Of a stretch of DNA of 64,000 nucleotides, positions 1 to 9,724 are shown piece after piece. The DNA comes from Bdellovibrionales bacterium. Lineage in GTDB: Bacteria > Bdellovibrionota > Bdellovibrionia > Bdellovibrionales > JAUICD01. The notes beneath the pieces were generated by a model, which saw nothing but the letters and a program-made list of their open reading frames with translations, had not been told where the DNA came from and made no database searches. How positions within the stretch are numbered: the first letter of the stretch is position 1; every line of letters begins with the position of its first letter. The translations under genes and the position numbers were made by a program. The DNA is taken from positions 64,001 through 128,000 of the forward strand of contig OZ253553.1 in NCBI GenBank assembly GCA_965262715.1, written 5' to 3'.

Positions 1-1360
1 TACTGCAGCAACCTGTAGCATCAGTGCCATCGTTGGTACCTAAACACTGCCACTGATAATGAGTTTCTGAATCATCTATGTCATTTAAAGTACCTTGAAT
101 ACAACCATTTTTGACGGAGTTATTACATTCTCCATTTACGATTGAAGATGGATTGCGTGTAACAGCTTGGCCTAATATAGAATTGTCACAGGTCTGATAA
201 CTTAATGGACCAGGTAAAGGTCCGGAAAAATAACAATAGCTGCCATCTGATGGACAGTAATTATAATAAAACTGTTCAACTATATCATCTACCGAAGTTT
301 GACTATCTATAGTGGTAGAAGAAGAGGTTGAAGCTTGTATTGCTATAGTACTTTTTACACAGACTTCAGTTGAAGTGATGTCTATTACACCATCACTGCA
401 ATTTAGTACATCCTCACTGCCACTATCAATTTGAAATTCACATTGATTCGCATTTTGAATATTTGTATGTAATGTCCAAGTTCCACCTTCAGGTCTTAAA
501 TACTTATAAATGTTATTACTTTCTAACATCACAGCAATTTCTTCATCATTATGTTTAATAGTTATTGGATTAAAATGAGGTTTAGAATTAGAGCTCACTT
601 GCAAAACTTGTTTTCGATAGGTGAGGCAATCAGAATTGTCAGGATCTTCTGCAGACACCTCAATAGTAACAGAACCAGTAGATTCATCGGTAAAGTCTAA
701 TTCAATACTTTCACTATCATCTTCGTTTGTCTCCTCAGTTGAAGAAGGTAATGTGACTTTCCATATAATGTTCGAAAAATCTGTAGCATTCTTTAATTCA
801 AAAGTGGCAGTCTGTCCAACAGTCAAAGAACCGCTTTCAAGAAAGATCTCTAAGACATCTGTTAATGAGCATTCCTCACCAATCACGAGTTTTTTACTGG
901 CCACAGTTAACAAATCGGAGTTTTTATAAGATGTAGCAAAAATATCATAACTTCCAGGTTTTTTAAATTGATATTGATATTCTGGTTCAGTTGTTGTCTC
1001 TTCTCCATCAGTAACAGTTTCAAAGGATCTAGTAATTTTCCATTTAAAATTTTCAGAATCAGAATGACTATTCATAACCTTTAGTTTCACATCACTATCA
1101 ATTAGGAAATAATCTTCTATCGAGATGCTTTCATCTTCTGATGGTAAATAAGCAATAATATAACCTTTATCATTAGATACCGTTTGTTCAGAAAACAGGT
1201 TAGGAGCTTGACTTATATTTGAACCGCAGTTTTGAAAAGCTAATAACAATAAAAGTGAAGCCAATAGAAGTAGATAAAAAGCATTATTAAAACTTAACAA
1301 AAAATGCTTTTTTATGTTTTGTTTTTTTATAACCCTAAAGAATTTCATTATTTTTTTCAT
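1..1360 (-). CDS. Cys-rich repeat lipoprotein, copy 1 (N-terminal part; runs off the window start)
   Basis: Near-identical DNA to 11601-12949 and 20746-22108; start codon at 1360; LLLLAFQNC lipobox. Confidence 0.85.
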   Translation of the reverse strand, partial: MKKIMKFFRVIKKQNIKKHFLLSFNNAFYLLLLASLLLLLAFQNCGSNISQAPNLFSEQTVSNDKGYIIAYLPSEDESISIEDYFLIDSDVKLKVMNSHSDSENFKWKITRSFETVTDGEETTTEPEYQYQFKKPGSYDIFATSYKNSDLLTVASKKLVIGEECSLTDVLEIFLESGSLTVGQTATFELKNATDFSNIIWKVTLPSSTEETNEDDSESIELDFTDESTGSVTIEVSAEDPDNSDCLTYRKQVLQVSSNSKPHFNPITIKHNDEEIAVMLESNNIYKYLRPEGGTWTLHTNIQNANQCEFQIDSGSEDVLNCSDGVIDITSTEVCVKSTIAIQASTSSSTTIDSQTSVDDIVEQFYYNYCPSDGSYCYFSGPLPGPLSYQTCDNSILGQAVTRNPSSIVNGECNNSVKNGCIQGTLNDIDDSETHYQWQCLGTNDGTDATGCCS

Positions 1361-1514
1361 TGCTCTATACTTTCATCATCGTTGTATTACGAACCTTCTT
1401 TTATGTGCTATGTACTGCTAGTTGTCCAAAAATTTGAAAGGTAAAATGAATAAAAATATCAAAAATGTAAATCTTTAAAACCAAGCCAAAAGACTGGGTT
1501 TTTAGCCTACCTGG

Positions 1515-1692
1515 ACTGTAACTTACGTACAAAAGTTACAGTATTAAGTTATTGAAATAACTACCGATACAGGTATTGAAGGGCTTTAATTGCTAATAGT
1601 CTTTGGTGTAGAAAACGACCAAAAACATCAATGATTTTAAGGGGACAGGACTGTAACTTATGTACGTAAGTTACACTATCAAGTTATTGATT
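1515..1692. promoter_or_regulatory. Pair of 28-bp palindromes (ACTGTAACTT-N8-AAGTTACAGT) 135 bp apart, with IHF-like sites
   Basis: Sites at 1515-1542 and 1650-1677; caagttattgatt at 1680-1692 is the reverse complement of WATCAANNNNTTR. Confidence 0.6.
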
Positions 1693-1761
1693 TTATTGAG
1701 TTATTCGAAGTTTCTATCTTTTTTCGATATGGCATTAAGGTCATGAAAAAGTCCAGGACCG

Positions 1762-2854
1762 TTGTAAATTGATACAATATGTGCTTCTATGTGCCTTTCT
1801 TAAAAAAAACTTCTTATATTTCCATTTTAGTGAGTTTTAAAGATTTCCTTAACATGATGTAAGAGAATGAAGGGAGTCTCCTTACTAAAGAATAAACATG
1901 CTTTTGAGGTAGTCAGCTTTTTATTGAAGGTGTGAACCTTCAAGCTGACTACCCAAAAGTGGTCAGAGACCAGTTTATTTTTAGTGAAACAATTGCAAAT
2001 TGATACAATATGTGCTTCTATGTGCCTTTTTTAAAAATAACTTCTTATATTTCCATTTTAGTGAGTTTTAAAGATTTCCTTAACATGATGTAAGAGAATG
2101 AAGGGAGTCTCCTTACTAAAGAATAAACATGCTTTTGAGGTAGTCAGCTTTTTATTGAAGGTGTGAACCTTCAAGCTGACTACCCAAAAGTGGTCAGAGA
2201 CCAGTTTATTTTTAGTGAAACAATTGCAAATTGATACAATATGTGCTTCTATGTGCCTTTTTTAAAAATAACTCCTTATATTTCCATTTTAGTGAGTTTT
2301 AAAGATTTCCTTAACATGATGTAAGAGAATGAAGGGAGTCTCCTTACTAAAGAATAAACATGCTTTTGAGGTAGTCAGCTTTTTATTGAAGGTGTGAACC
2401 TTCAAGCTGATTAGATACATTTAAAGAGTCTATTATCTATAAATTAAACACTGTAATCTTTAAAAATCTCAGTGAGACAAGCCTTAACGCTTGTCTATTC
2501 CAAAAGTGGTCAGAGACCAGTTTATTTTTAGTGAAACAATTGCAAATTGATACAATATGTGCTTCTATATGCCTTTCTTAAAAATAACTTCTTATATTTC
2601 CATTTTAGTGAGTTTTAAAGATTTCCTTAACATGATGTAAGAGAATGAAGGGAGTCTCCTTACTAAAGAATAAACATGCTTTTGAGGTAGTCAGCTTTTT
2701 ATTGAAGGTGTGAACCTTCAAGCTGATTAGATACATTTAAAGAGTCTATCATCTATAAATTAAACACTGTAATCTTTAAAAATCTCAGTGAGACAAGCCT
2801 TAACGCTTGTCTATTCCAAAAGTGGTCAGAGACCAGTTTATTTTTAGTGAAACA
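1762..2854 (+). repeat. Tandem array 1 of structured non-coding units (231, 231, 316, ~315 bp)
   Basis: Units start at 1762, 1993, 2224, 2540. Confidence 0.95.
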
Positions 2855-2918
2855 GCATTGCCCTATTTGCCAAACGGCGTGAGCCAGTTTGGGGGCAATG
2901 CCAGAAAGTGGCCAGAGT
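2855..2918 (+). ncRNA. Partial diverged copy of the three-way-junction element
   Basis: gcattgccc...gggcaatgc stem, GTGA-loop hairpin, then cagaaagtggccagag as in the 27929/28186 variants. Confidence 0.5.
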
Positions 2919-3132
2919 TAGGAGATGGATTGTTTTTTAGAAAAACAAGGAAAAATCTTTGGAGCAATGATTTTGATGTTTTAAGCCATTTCTCGAAGTC
3001 CTCGATTGATCGCTTTGGTAGCGATCAATCTGCGGAAGATCTCGTCTTTGGCTTAAAACATCAACTCTTAATTCCTATGATAAAGATTATAGGTGATTTG
3101 TAAGGAGAAGAGACGGTAAGAGGAAGTTTTCC

Positions 3133-3276
3133 TTAACATTTTGTTAAAAAAGAAGAGATTCTCATTACTAAAAATAAACGGATTTTTTAGGCAATGAGTA
3201 TTTTACGAGGGCGTTAGCCGTCGTGCTCATTGCCCAAAAACAGTCAGAGACTGGTTTATTTTTAGTGAGACAGCAT
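3133..3276 (+). ncRNA. Diverged structured element (variant C) with upstream palindrome
   Basis: ttaacattttgttaa; actaaaaataaac/gtttatttttagt; ggcaatgagt/gctcattgcc; cagtc-aga-gactg. Confidence 0.65.
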
Positions 3277-3298
3277 CGAGATACATTTTAGTGAAATA

Positions 3299-3344
3299 TT
3301 TTACTAGGTTGACCTAGTAAAAATACTAGACATGCCTAGTAAAA
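3299..3344. promoter_or_regulatory. Operator-like palindrome(s) upstream of the ATPase gene
   Basis: ttttactagg-ttga-cctagtaaaa followed by a second imperfect copy tactagacatgcctagta. Confidence 0.5.
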
Positions 3345-3376
3345 TGATGCTACAGTTTAAGAAGGTTTTAAGATAA

Positions 3377-4546
3377 GTGTTGGAGGTAAATATTATGAGA
3401 AAACCCATAAGTAACTCTAATCTAGTGACCTTGCCCATTGTAAAAGATCTTAAATACAATCTCAAACAAAAAAATGCTTTAATACAAGTTGTTGTAGGTC
3501 CTAGGCAGGTAGGTAAAACTACTTCTGTAGATATGTATCTTAAGCATCTGAAAAAGGATCAATACCTATATGCATCTGCTGACGTGATAATTCAACGTTC
3601 AAATGCGTGGCTGCTTGAACAATGGGTTTTAGCCCAACAAAAGAATCCTAGAGGAACGTTGATTATAGATGAAATTCAGCAGGTGGAAAATTGGTCCACT
3701 CAGATCAAAAAACTATGGGATCAACAAAGAAGGCAAAGACACTCATTGAAAGTTATTCTTTTAGGCTCTAGTTCATTAGATATTCAAAAGGGTTTAGAAG
3801 AAAGCCTAACAGGACGTTATCAGTTGCATCAAATGCATCATTGGAATTTTGCAGAAAGTTATAAAGGTTATGGACTCTCCCATGAGGATTTCATAGTTTA
3901 TGGTGGATATCCTGGCAGTTATCGATTTCTCAATAATGAAGTAGAATGGTTAAAATATTTAAGGCATTCCATTATAGAGCCAGTGATAGGTAAGGATATT
4001 TTATCTCTAGCGAGAGTCAAATCAGCAGCCTTATTTAAACAGTGTTTTGATCTTGTGTGTTCTTATCCAGCTCAAGAGATCAGTTACACAAAATTGCTTG
4101 GTCAGTTACAAGATAAAGGCCACATTGATACAATAAAGTATTATTTGGAATTACTGGAGGGAGCTTTTTTAGTCAAACAGGTGTTTAAATTTTCTGTTAA
4201 GGAGAGGTTGGTGCGATCATCTTCGCCAAAACTTCTGCCTTTATGCCCGGCACTCTATTCTGTTTATAAAGATGCAGAATTAGATAGCAGTGAGAGAGGC
4301 AGAGCCTTTGAGGTGATTGTGGGCATGGTTTTAAACAGGCTGCCTGGCCAGGTGTTCTACTGGAGAGAACGCAATTATGAAGTAGATTATGTCTATAAAT
4401 ATAAAAAGAAGCTCTATGCCATAGAGGTCAAATCGGGACGTGCAAATAAAATAAAAGGACTGCAAAGGTTTATAGAAAAATTTAAGGGTAGCATCCCATT
4501 GATTGTCACTCCTCAAAATTATGAAAAGCTCCTCTCACAACTTTAG
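3377..4546 (+). CDS. AAA_14 / DUF4143 family ATP-binding protein
   Basis: Walker A GPRQVGKT, IIDEIQ, LGSS, YGGYP, C-terminal EVDY...AIEVKSG. Confidence 0.88.
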   Translation: MLEVNIMRKPISNSNLVTLPIVKDLKYNLKQKNALIQVVVGPRQVGKTTSVDMYLKHLKKDQYLYASADVIIQRSNAWLLEQWVLAQQKNPRGTLIIDEIQQVENWSTQIKKLWDQQRRQRHSLKVILLGSSSLDIQKGLEESLTGRYQLHQMHHWNFAESYKGYGLSHEDFIVYGGYPGSYRFLNNEVEWLKYLRHSIIEPVIGKDILSLARVKSAALFKQCFDLVCSYPAQEISYTKLLGQLQDKGHIDTIKYYLELLEGAFLVKQVFKFSVKERLVRSSSPKLLPLCPALYSVYKDAELDSSERGRAFEVIVGMVLNRLPGQVFYWRERNYEVDYVYKYKKKLYAIEVKSGRANKIKGLQRFIEKFKGSIPLIVTPQNYEKLLSQL

Positions 4547-4562
4547 CTGGCAACAAGTTTGA

Positions 4563-5280
4563 TTGAAAGTGAAAAAAGGATGTGACGACTTAATTTTAAA
4601 ATTAAGTCTTTCTAGAGAAAACCTTATTTCTTTATCGAGTCTTATAAAGAATACAGGGACTAAGAAGTATCTTAAGATTGACAAAAAAAATAAACAAGAG
4701 GCAACTTTAAATCAAAAGAAAATAGATGAAGATACTCAATGGGATGGTATTCACGGAGTTATCACTAATCATAAACCAGAAGATTTAACACCATCAGAGA
4801 TTTTAGAAAGATACAAGGGTTTATGGCAAATAGAGAATGCTTTTAGAGTTAATAAGCATGACCTTAAGATGCGTCCTATCTACCATTGGACACCGAGAAG
4901 AATTAGATCTCATATTTTAATTTGTTATATAGCATATAGTGTAATGACCTTTATTAAATTTCAATTAAAACAGAAGAACATTGATCTTAGTTTCAAAAGA
5001 CTTAGAGATGAGTTAAAGAGTATACAATATAGTATTGTATTAGATAAGACGACGAACAAGAGATTCATTTTACCTTTAAATATCACAAGTCTTCACAAAC
5101 AAATTTATGAAGCTCTTAATATTAAATTCACTCAAGCAAGATTCTTAGGAGAAAAAGAGTTTCCGACAAGTTAAATACAATCATAAAATCCTCTTAAATA
5201 AACAAAAAGTGTAGTGACCCCTGAACTACCTAAACTATTGTAATCATTACATGACGCATGCGCAATATGACGAAGTCGGG
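4563..5280 (+). mobile_element. IS1634-family transposase C-terminal fragment with right end
   Basis: WDGIHGVITN...YKGLWQIENAFR...RPIYHWT resembles the 47301 transposase; end atgacgaagtcggg resembles ccgtcgaagtcagg. Confidence 0.85.
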
Positions 5281-5575
5281 TGAAAATATGTAAAATTTAC
5301 ATGAATTTTAGAAAAAATTGTTTTTGCTTGCGATTTTATTTTTTTCGATTATTTTGCATAGGTAGATTTTAAAACAATTTGAAGTCAGAGGGTTTTGAAT
5401 ATATAAGAATATATAACATGACGGCTCTTATACCACTAAATAGGCAATTACATAACTTTTATTACAGTGCCCAATTTACAGGAGAGTTGGTATTATAGTA
5501 TTGTGGATGCAAGAGCTTACTTAATCTCTATTTTTTTATTTGTTAGTATGTTACTTAAAATGATCGGAAAATTCC

Positions 5576-6544
5576 ATGGCAAGAGCAGATATAATCGTTA
5601 ATCTTATAAAATCGGGCTATTCGGGGGATAGAACTTCATTTAGAAAAATTGTTGAAACACTAATTTCTGAAGAACAAGCAAAGAACCATTATGTTTTTGC
5701 CAACCAGTTGAGAAATATCCTTTATCATGAAATTCCACAGCAACAATCATTTCATAGTATCACTAAATGTGATGATTTAATTTTTGAGTCAATTCCCAAA
5801 AGAAAATTAGGCAGTCTAGTTCTAAATGATACCATTCTCAAGCCTTGCAAGGAATTAGTCGAAGAACACAATCGCTCTGAATTATTACGCTCTTATGGGC
5901 TTGAACCTCGACATAGAATACTGCTTAAAGGGCCTCCTGGAAATGGAAAAACTAGTTTAGCTGAAGCTATGGCAGTAGAGCTTATGTATCCCTTGTTTAC
6001 GATAAGGTATGAGAGCCTAATCGGGAGTTATCTGGGAGAAACGGCAACAAGACTTCAAAAAATATTCGATTATGTAGCTACCCGAAAATGTATCCTCTTT
6101 TTTGATGAGTTTGACACTTTGGCCAAGGAACGAGGAGATACACGAGAAACAGGAGAGATTAAGAGAGTTGTAAGCTCTCTCCTACTGCAGATAGATCGGC
6201 TACCAAGTTATGTTGTTGTTATTACGGCAAGTAATCATCCCGAATTGCTTGACCGAGCAGTATGGAGAAGGTTTCAGCTTAAATTAGATTTATCATTGCC
6301 AAAGAAAAAAGATATTGAACAATTTGTTAAAAGTTTTTCCGATAAAACAAAAATTACATTTGATTATAGATACGAATATCTAGCAAAACAACTTCAAGGG
6401 CTTAGTTTTTCAGATATAGAGAATTTTTGTTTAGACATTCTCAGGCAATTTATATTATCAAAAAATCATCAATCTACAAGAATAATTGTTAAAAATAGAC
6501 TAAATCAATTGCGGACAACTACCACCAATTCAAAAAATGCCTAG
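5576..6544 (+). CDS. ietA: AAA+ ATPase of IetAS-type ATPase/S8-protease pair
   Basis: GPPGNGKT, FFDEFD, GEIKRVVSSLL, LDRAVWRRF; overlaps the downstream S8 gene. Confidence 0.8.
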   Translation: MARADIIVNLIKSGYSGDRTSFRKIVETLISEEQAKNHYVFANQLRNILYHEIPQQQSFHSITKCDDLIFESIPKRKLGSLVLNDTILKPCKELVEEHNRSELLRSYGLEPRHRILLKGPPGNGKTSLAEAMAVELMYPLFTIRYESLIGSYLGETATRLQKIFDYVATRKCILFFDEFDTLAKERGDTRETGEIKRVVSSLLLQIDRLPSYVVVITASNHPELLDRAVWRRFQLKLDLSLPKKKDIEQFVKSFSDKTKITFDYRYEYLAKQLQGLSFSDIENFCLDILRQFILSKNHQSTRIIVKNRLNQLRTTTTNSKNA

Positions 6545-9251
6545 CGACAGACCAATACTGAGTTTTAATAAACCAATAAAATCTCAACGAGAAAGCAACT
6601 CTCGCTTCTTCTCTAATCCAATAATTCCACCTTCGAGAGAACATCAAAGTATTCGCTTTGACGAAAAAATAAAAAATATGAAAAATGCATTCATTGTTGA
6701 TCATCCGTCAGGGCTTGAAGTAGAACGAGTACTTGTCCTTGAGGTGATTGGTGGCAGTATTGAAAAACTAAAAAATGCAGCGATAAATGTGGGACTTAGA
6801 TGGCTAGCCGAGATAGACGAAGATGAGATAGTTTTAACTGAAGATAGCGGTTTTTTGAAAAAAGTAGAAATTTCAGAAAAATTTTTTAAAACTAAAAATG
6901 TTGTGGACAATAATGATGAGTCAAAAGAAATATTTGATGCCTTAATCAAAAGTGATTTCCTTGTAAAAGAAAGCCAAGGGAGCAAAGCACCTTATTGTTG
7001 GAATACAGAAAAACAACCAGAAGAATTTAAAAACTTAATCTCCACGAGGTTTGAAGATAAAAGAGAAGCGATTATTACATCTTTAAGAGATAAAATTGAG
7101 GAAATGAATAAAAAATCTGTCAAGGGAAGACTATTCCTTTTTATGAGCAATATGGCAGGCATGGATAAGCTTTTAGCTATTTGGAAAAAATACCAAAAAA
7201 ATGAAATGATGCACGGGGAAGGTATATGGAAGAATCTTTTTCAATATTTGAATAATATTCGTTATTGGGGCGAAAATGACCGTCTAGAAGAGAATAATGT
7301 CTTAGATAAATTTAGAGAAGATATCGAGATTCGAGGCGACAAAGATAGCGTGCCATTTGAGTTAGAACTTTGGTACAACAGTGATAACAATAAAAGAACT
7401 GCCTATGAGAAAGATATTTCTAACAGAATAGAAGAGCTGGGAGGAGATATTAGCACAGTCAGTTTTTATGAAAATAAAGAAACTGGAATTCACTTAGCAA
7501 AAGTTAATTTACAAGCTCAAGAAATTAAAAAACTAGTTCGAAAAAATCATTATAATATACTATTCAAAAGTGAATTTATAAAATTTGTTCGACCATCTGG
7601 TCAAAACATATTACAAATAAATGTTGATGAGACAACGCCGATTGTGCCACCCGCCATAGAGCCTCAGGATATTTTCAATACTCCCCCTATTATCGCTCTA
7701 TTAGATGGCCTTCCCATGGAAAACCATGAGGCAATCAAAGACAAAGTCATTATAGATGACCCTGATTCTATGAGTGAAAATTATATGGCAGAGCAGAGGG
7801 TTCACGGGACTAGCATGGCATCTCTAATTTGCAATGGAGACTTAGAAAAACCTTCAAAAGCACTTGCAAGAAGAATTTATGTTAGACCTATTATGGAACC
7901 ACACCTTCTTCCAATAGGAAACGAAGTTGTGCCAGAGAATATCTTTTTTGAAGATATAATTGAAAGGTCTGTAAAAAGAATTTTCGAAGATTTAAAACTG
8001 AATGTCAAAGTCATCAATCTTTCAGTTTGCCATTCTTCGAGGTGGCTTTATTCAAATATGACTTCTGGTGGAAGACTTTTAGATTGGCCCTCTTGGAAAT
8101 ATAAAGTGCTCTTTTGTGTTAGTGCTGGAAATTGCATAGAACCAATACCTATTAAAGATGAAAGAAACCCCCAAAATATTGTTAGACAAATGAAAGAAGA
8201 TAATAGAAATAAAAAAATCTTAATGCCTGCAGACTCAATAAATGCAATAACAGTAGGGGCCTTACACCAAGATAAATGTATTGATTTTAATATAGGTCAG
8301 AGGATTGATCTCCTAGTTGGTTATAGTAATGTGCCCTCACCAATTTCTTCATTTGGACACGGATTTTCTTCCTCGATAAAGCCTGAAATTTTACTTCCTG
8401 GAGGAAGACAGCTATATGATAAGATAGATGGATTCTATAAAATAAATCCTTATTCCTCTGCACCAGGCCAAAAAACTGCCATTGGAAGCTCTACAGGGGC
8501 TAACGAATATGTTTATTCCCGTGGAACGAGTAATGCAACTGCATTAGCAACAAGGAATGTCGGTCTTATTTTTGAAATGCTAGAAGACGTTGGGTTTGGA
8601 ATACCTGATACATATCAAGCAGTGGTTTTAAAAACATTACTTGTTCATGGTGCTCGCCAGGGAAAAATTAAAAAAGAATTTTGCAAACTTCTTGATGAAA
8701 GCTTGATTAAAAAAGAGTTGTCCAAGTATTTAGGTTATGGTGCTCCAGATATTTCTCGGGTTATGAATTGCACAGAAAAGAGAGTAACTCTCTTGGGATT
8801 CAACTCAATATCCAATGATCAAAAGCACGAATATTCATTTCCCTTGCCAGCAATTCTGAGCGGTTCACAAAAAAAGAGAACTTTGGTTGTAACTCTATCT
8901 TGGATAACTCCCGTAAATATCTTTGACTCAAAGTATAGAGTTGCTCGTTTGACATTGGCTTCTCTTGGAAAGAACAATCTGTTGAATTTAAAAAGAAAGG
9001 AAATCGATAGTCGTCAATCTATTCGTGGTACTACTCAACATGAAATATTATCATCACGGAATGAGATAGAAAATTTTACCAATGATAAAGAAATAAAAAT
9101 CCCTATTGAGTGCATTTTTTCAAAAGAAACTTCCTCAATAAATCAGGAGATACCTTATGCTTTAGCTGTCACCCTAGAGATTGAAGATGATATAGAAATA
9201 TACGAAAAGATTAGATCTGCTGTTATGATTCAAGAGACAATTCACGCTTAA
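6537..9251 (+). CDS. ietS: S8 (subtilisin-like) serine protease of IetAS-type system
   Basis: Triad motifs LLDG, HGTSMAS, GTSNA; SAGN; KPE; no signal peptide. Confidence 0.8.
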   Translation: MPSDRPILSFNKPIKSQRESNSRFFSNPIIPPSREHQSIRFDEKIKNMKNAFIVDHPSGLEVERVLVLEVIGGSIEKLKNAAINVGLRWLAEIDEDEIVLTEDSGFLKKVEISEKFFKTKNVVDNNDESKEIFDALIKSDFLVKESQGSKAPYCWNTEKQPEEFKNLISTRFEDKREAIITSLRDKIEEMNKKSVKGRLFLFMSNMAGMDKLLAIWKKYQKNEMMHGEGIWKNLFQYLNNIRYWGENDRLEENNVLDKFREDIEIRGDKDSVPFELELWYNSDNNKRTAYEKDISNRIEELGGDISTVSFYENKETGIHLAKVNLQAQEIKKLVRKNHYNILFKSEFIKFVRPSGQNILQINVDETTPIVPPAIEPQDIFNTPPIIALLDGLPMENHEAIKDKVIIDDPDSMSENYMAEQRVHGTSMASLICNGDLEKPSKALARRIYVRPIMEPHLLPIGNEVVPENIFFEDIIERSVKRIFEDLKLNVKVINLSVCHSSRWLYSNMTSGGRLLDWPSWKYKVLFCVSAGNCIEPIPIKDERNPQNIVRQMKEDNRNKKILMPADSINAITVGALHQDKCIDFNIGQRIDLLVGYSNVPSPISSFGHGFSSSIKPEILLPGGRQLYDKIDGFYKINPYSSAPGQKTAIGSSTGANEYVYSRGTSNATALATRNVGLIFEMLEDVGFGIPDTYQAVVLKTLLVHGARQGKIKKEFCKLLDESLIKKELSKYLGYGAPDISRVMNCTEKRVTLLGFNSISNDQKHEYSFPLPAILSGSQKKRTLVVTLSWITPVNIFDSKYRVARLTLASLGKNNLLNLKRKEIDSRQSIRGTTQHEILSSRNEIENFTNDKEIKIPIECIFSKETSSINQEIPYALAVTLEIEDDIEIYEKIRSAVMIQETIHA

Positions 9252-9364
9252 ACAAGGTTTTCTTGAAAGGAAAAACGCTGCGTCCATATGATGGACGGCA
9301 GTGGGCAATGAAAATATAGTAAAAACAGTCTCATGGAAGTGCCGGCGACACCTCCACCATTATA

Positions 9365-9560
9365 AGTTCAGTTTTTTTGTGCTCTCTTAAAGTTCTTAAA
9401 GTAGAACTTTTGGACCATGAGGACTGAGTGATTTTTTCAATATCACGAGTGGAAAGCTTGAGATCAACATACAATTTTAAGTAAAATTTCTAAACTTTTT
9501 CCTGGAACATTAAGGAAACGTGTAATAAATAAAGATACATAACTAGAACTATCGGAGGAA
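9365..9560 (-). pseudogene. Recurrent remnant ORF R1 (SSYVSLFIT...LKLSTRDIEK...SWSKSS)
   Basis: Homologous to 19085-19330, 27051-27341 and 32695-32890. Confidence 0.55.
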
Positions 9561-9724
9561 ATGCCTATAAACATAGCTACTGAAATATTATAGATTTTAG
9601 TTTTTGACAATTTGTAGCCGTACTGCCGCCTCTTGAACCTTCACAATGCCATCTGTAATGTGTATTTGTATCTGAGATGGCTGCATCATTTACTCTGCCA
9701 GCGTTGCAGCCATTTCGTTAGCTG

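Noticed and set aside
1845..3276. Integron attC sites
   Set aside because: Arms do not fit RYYYAAC/GTTRRRY, the fold is branched, no cassettes lie between units and no integrase is seen
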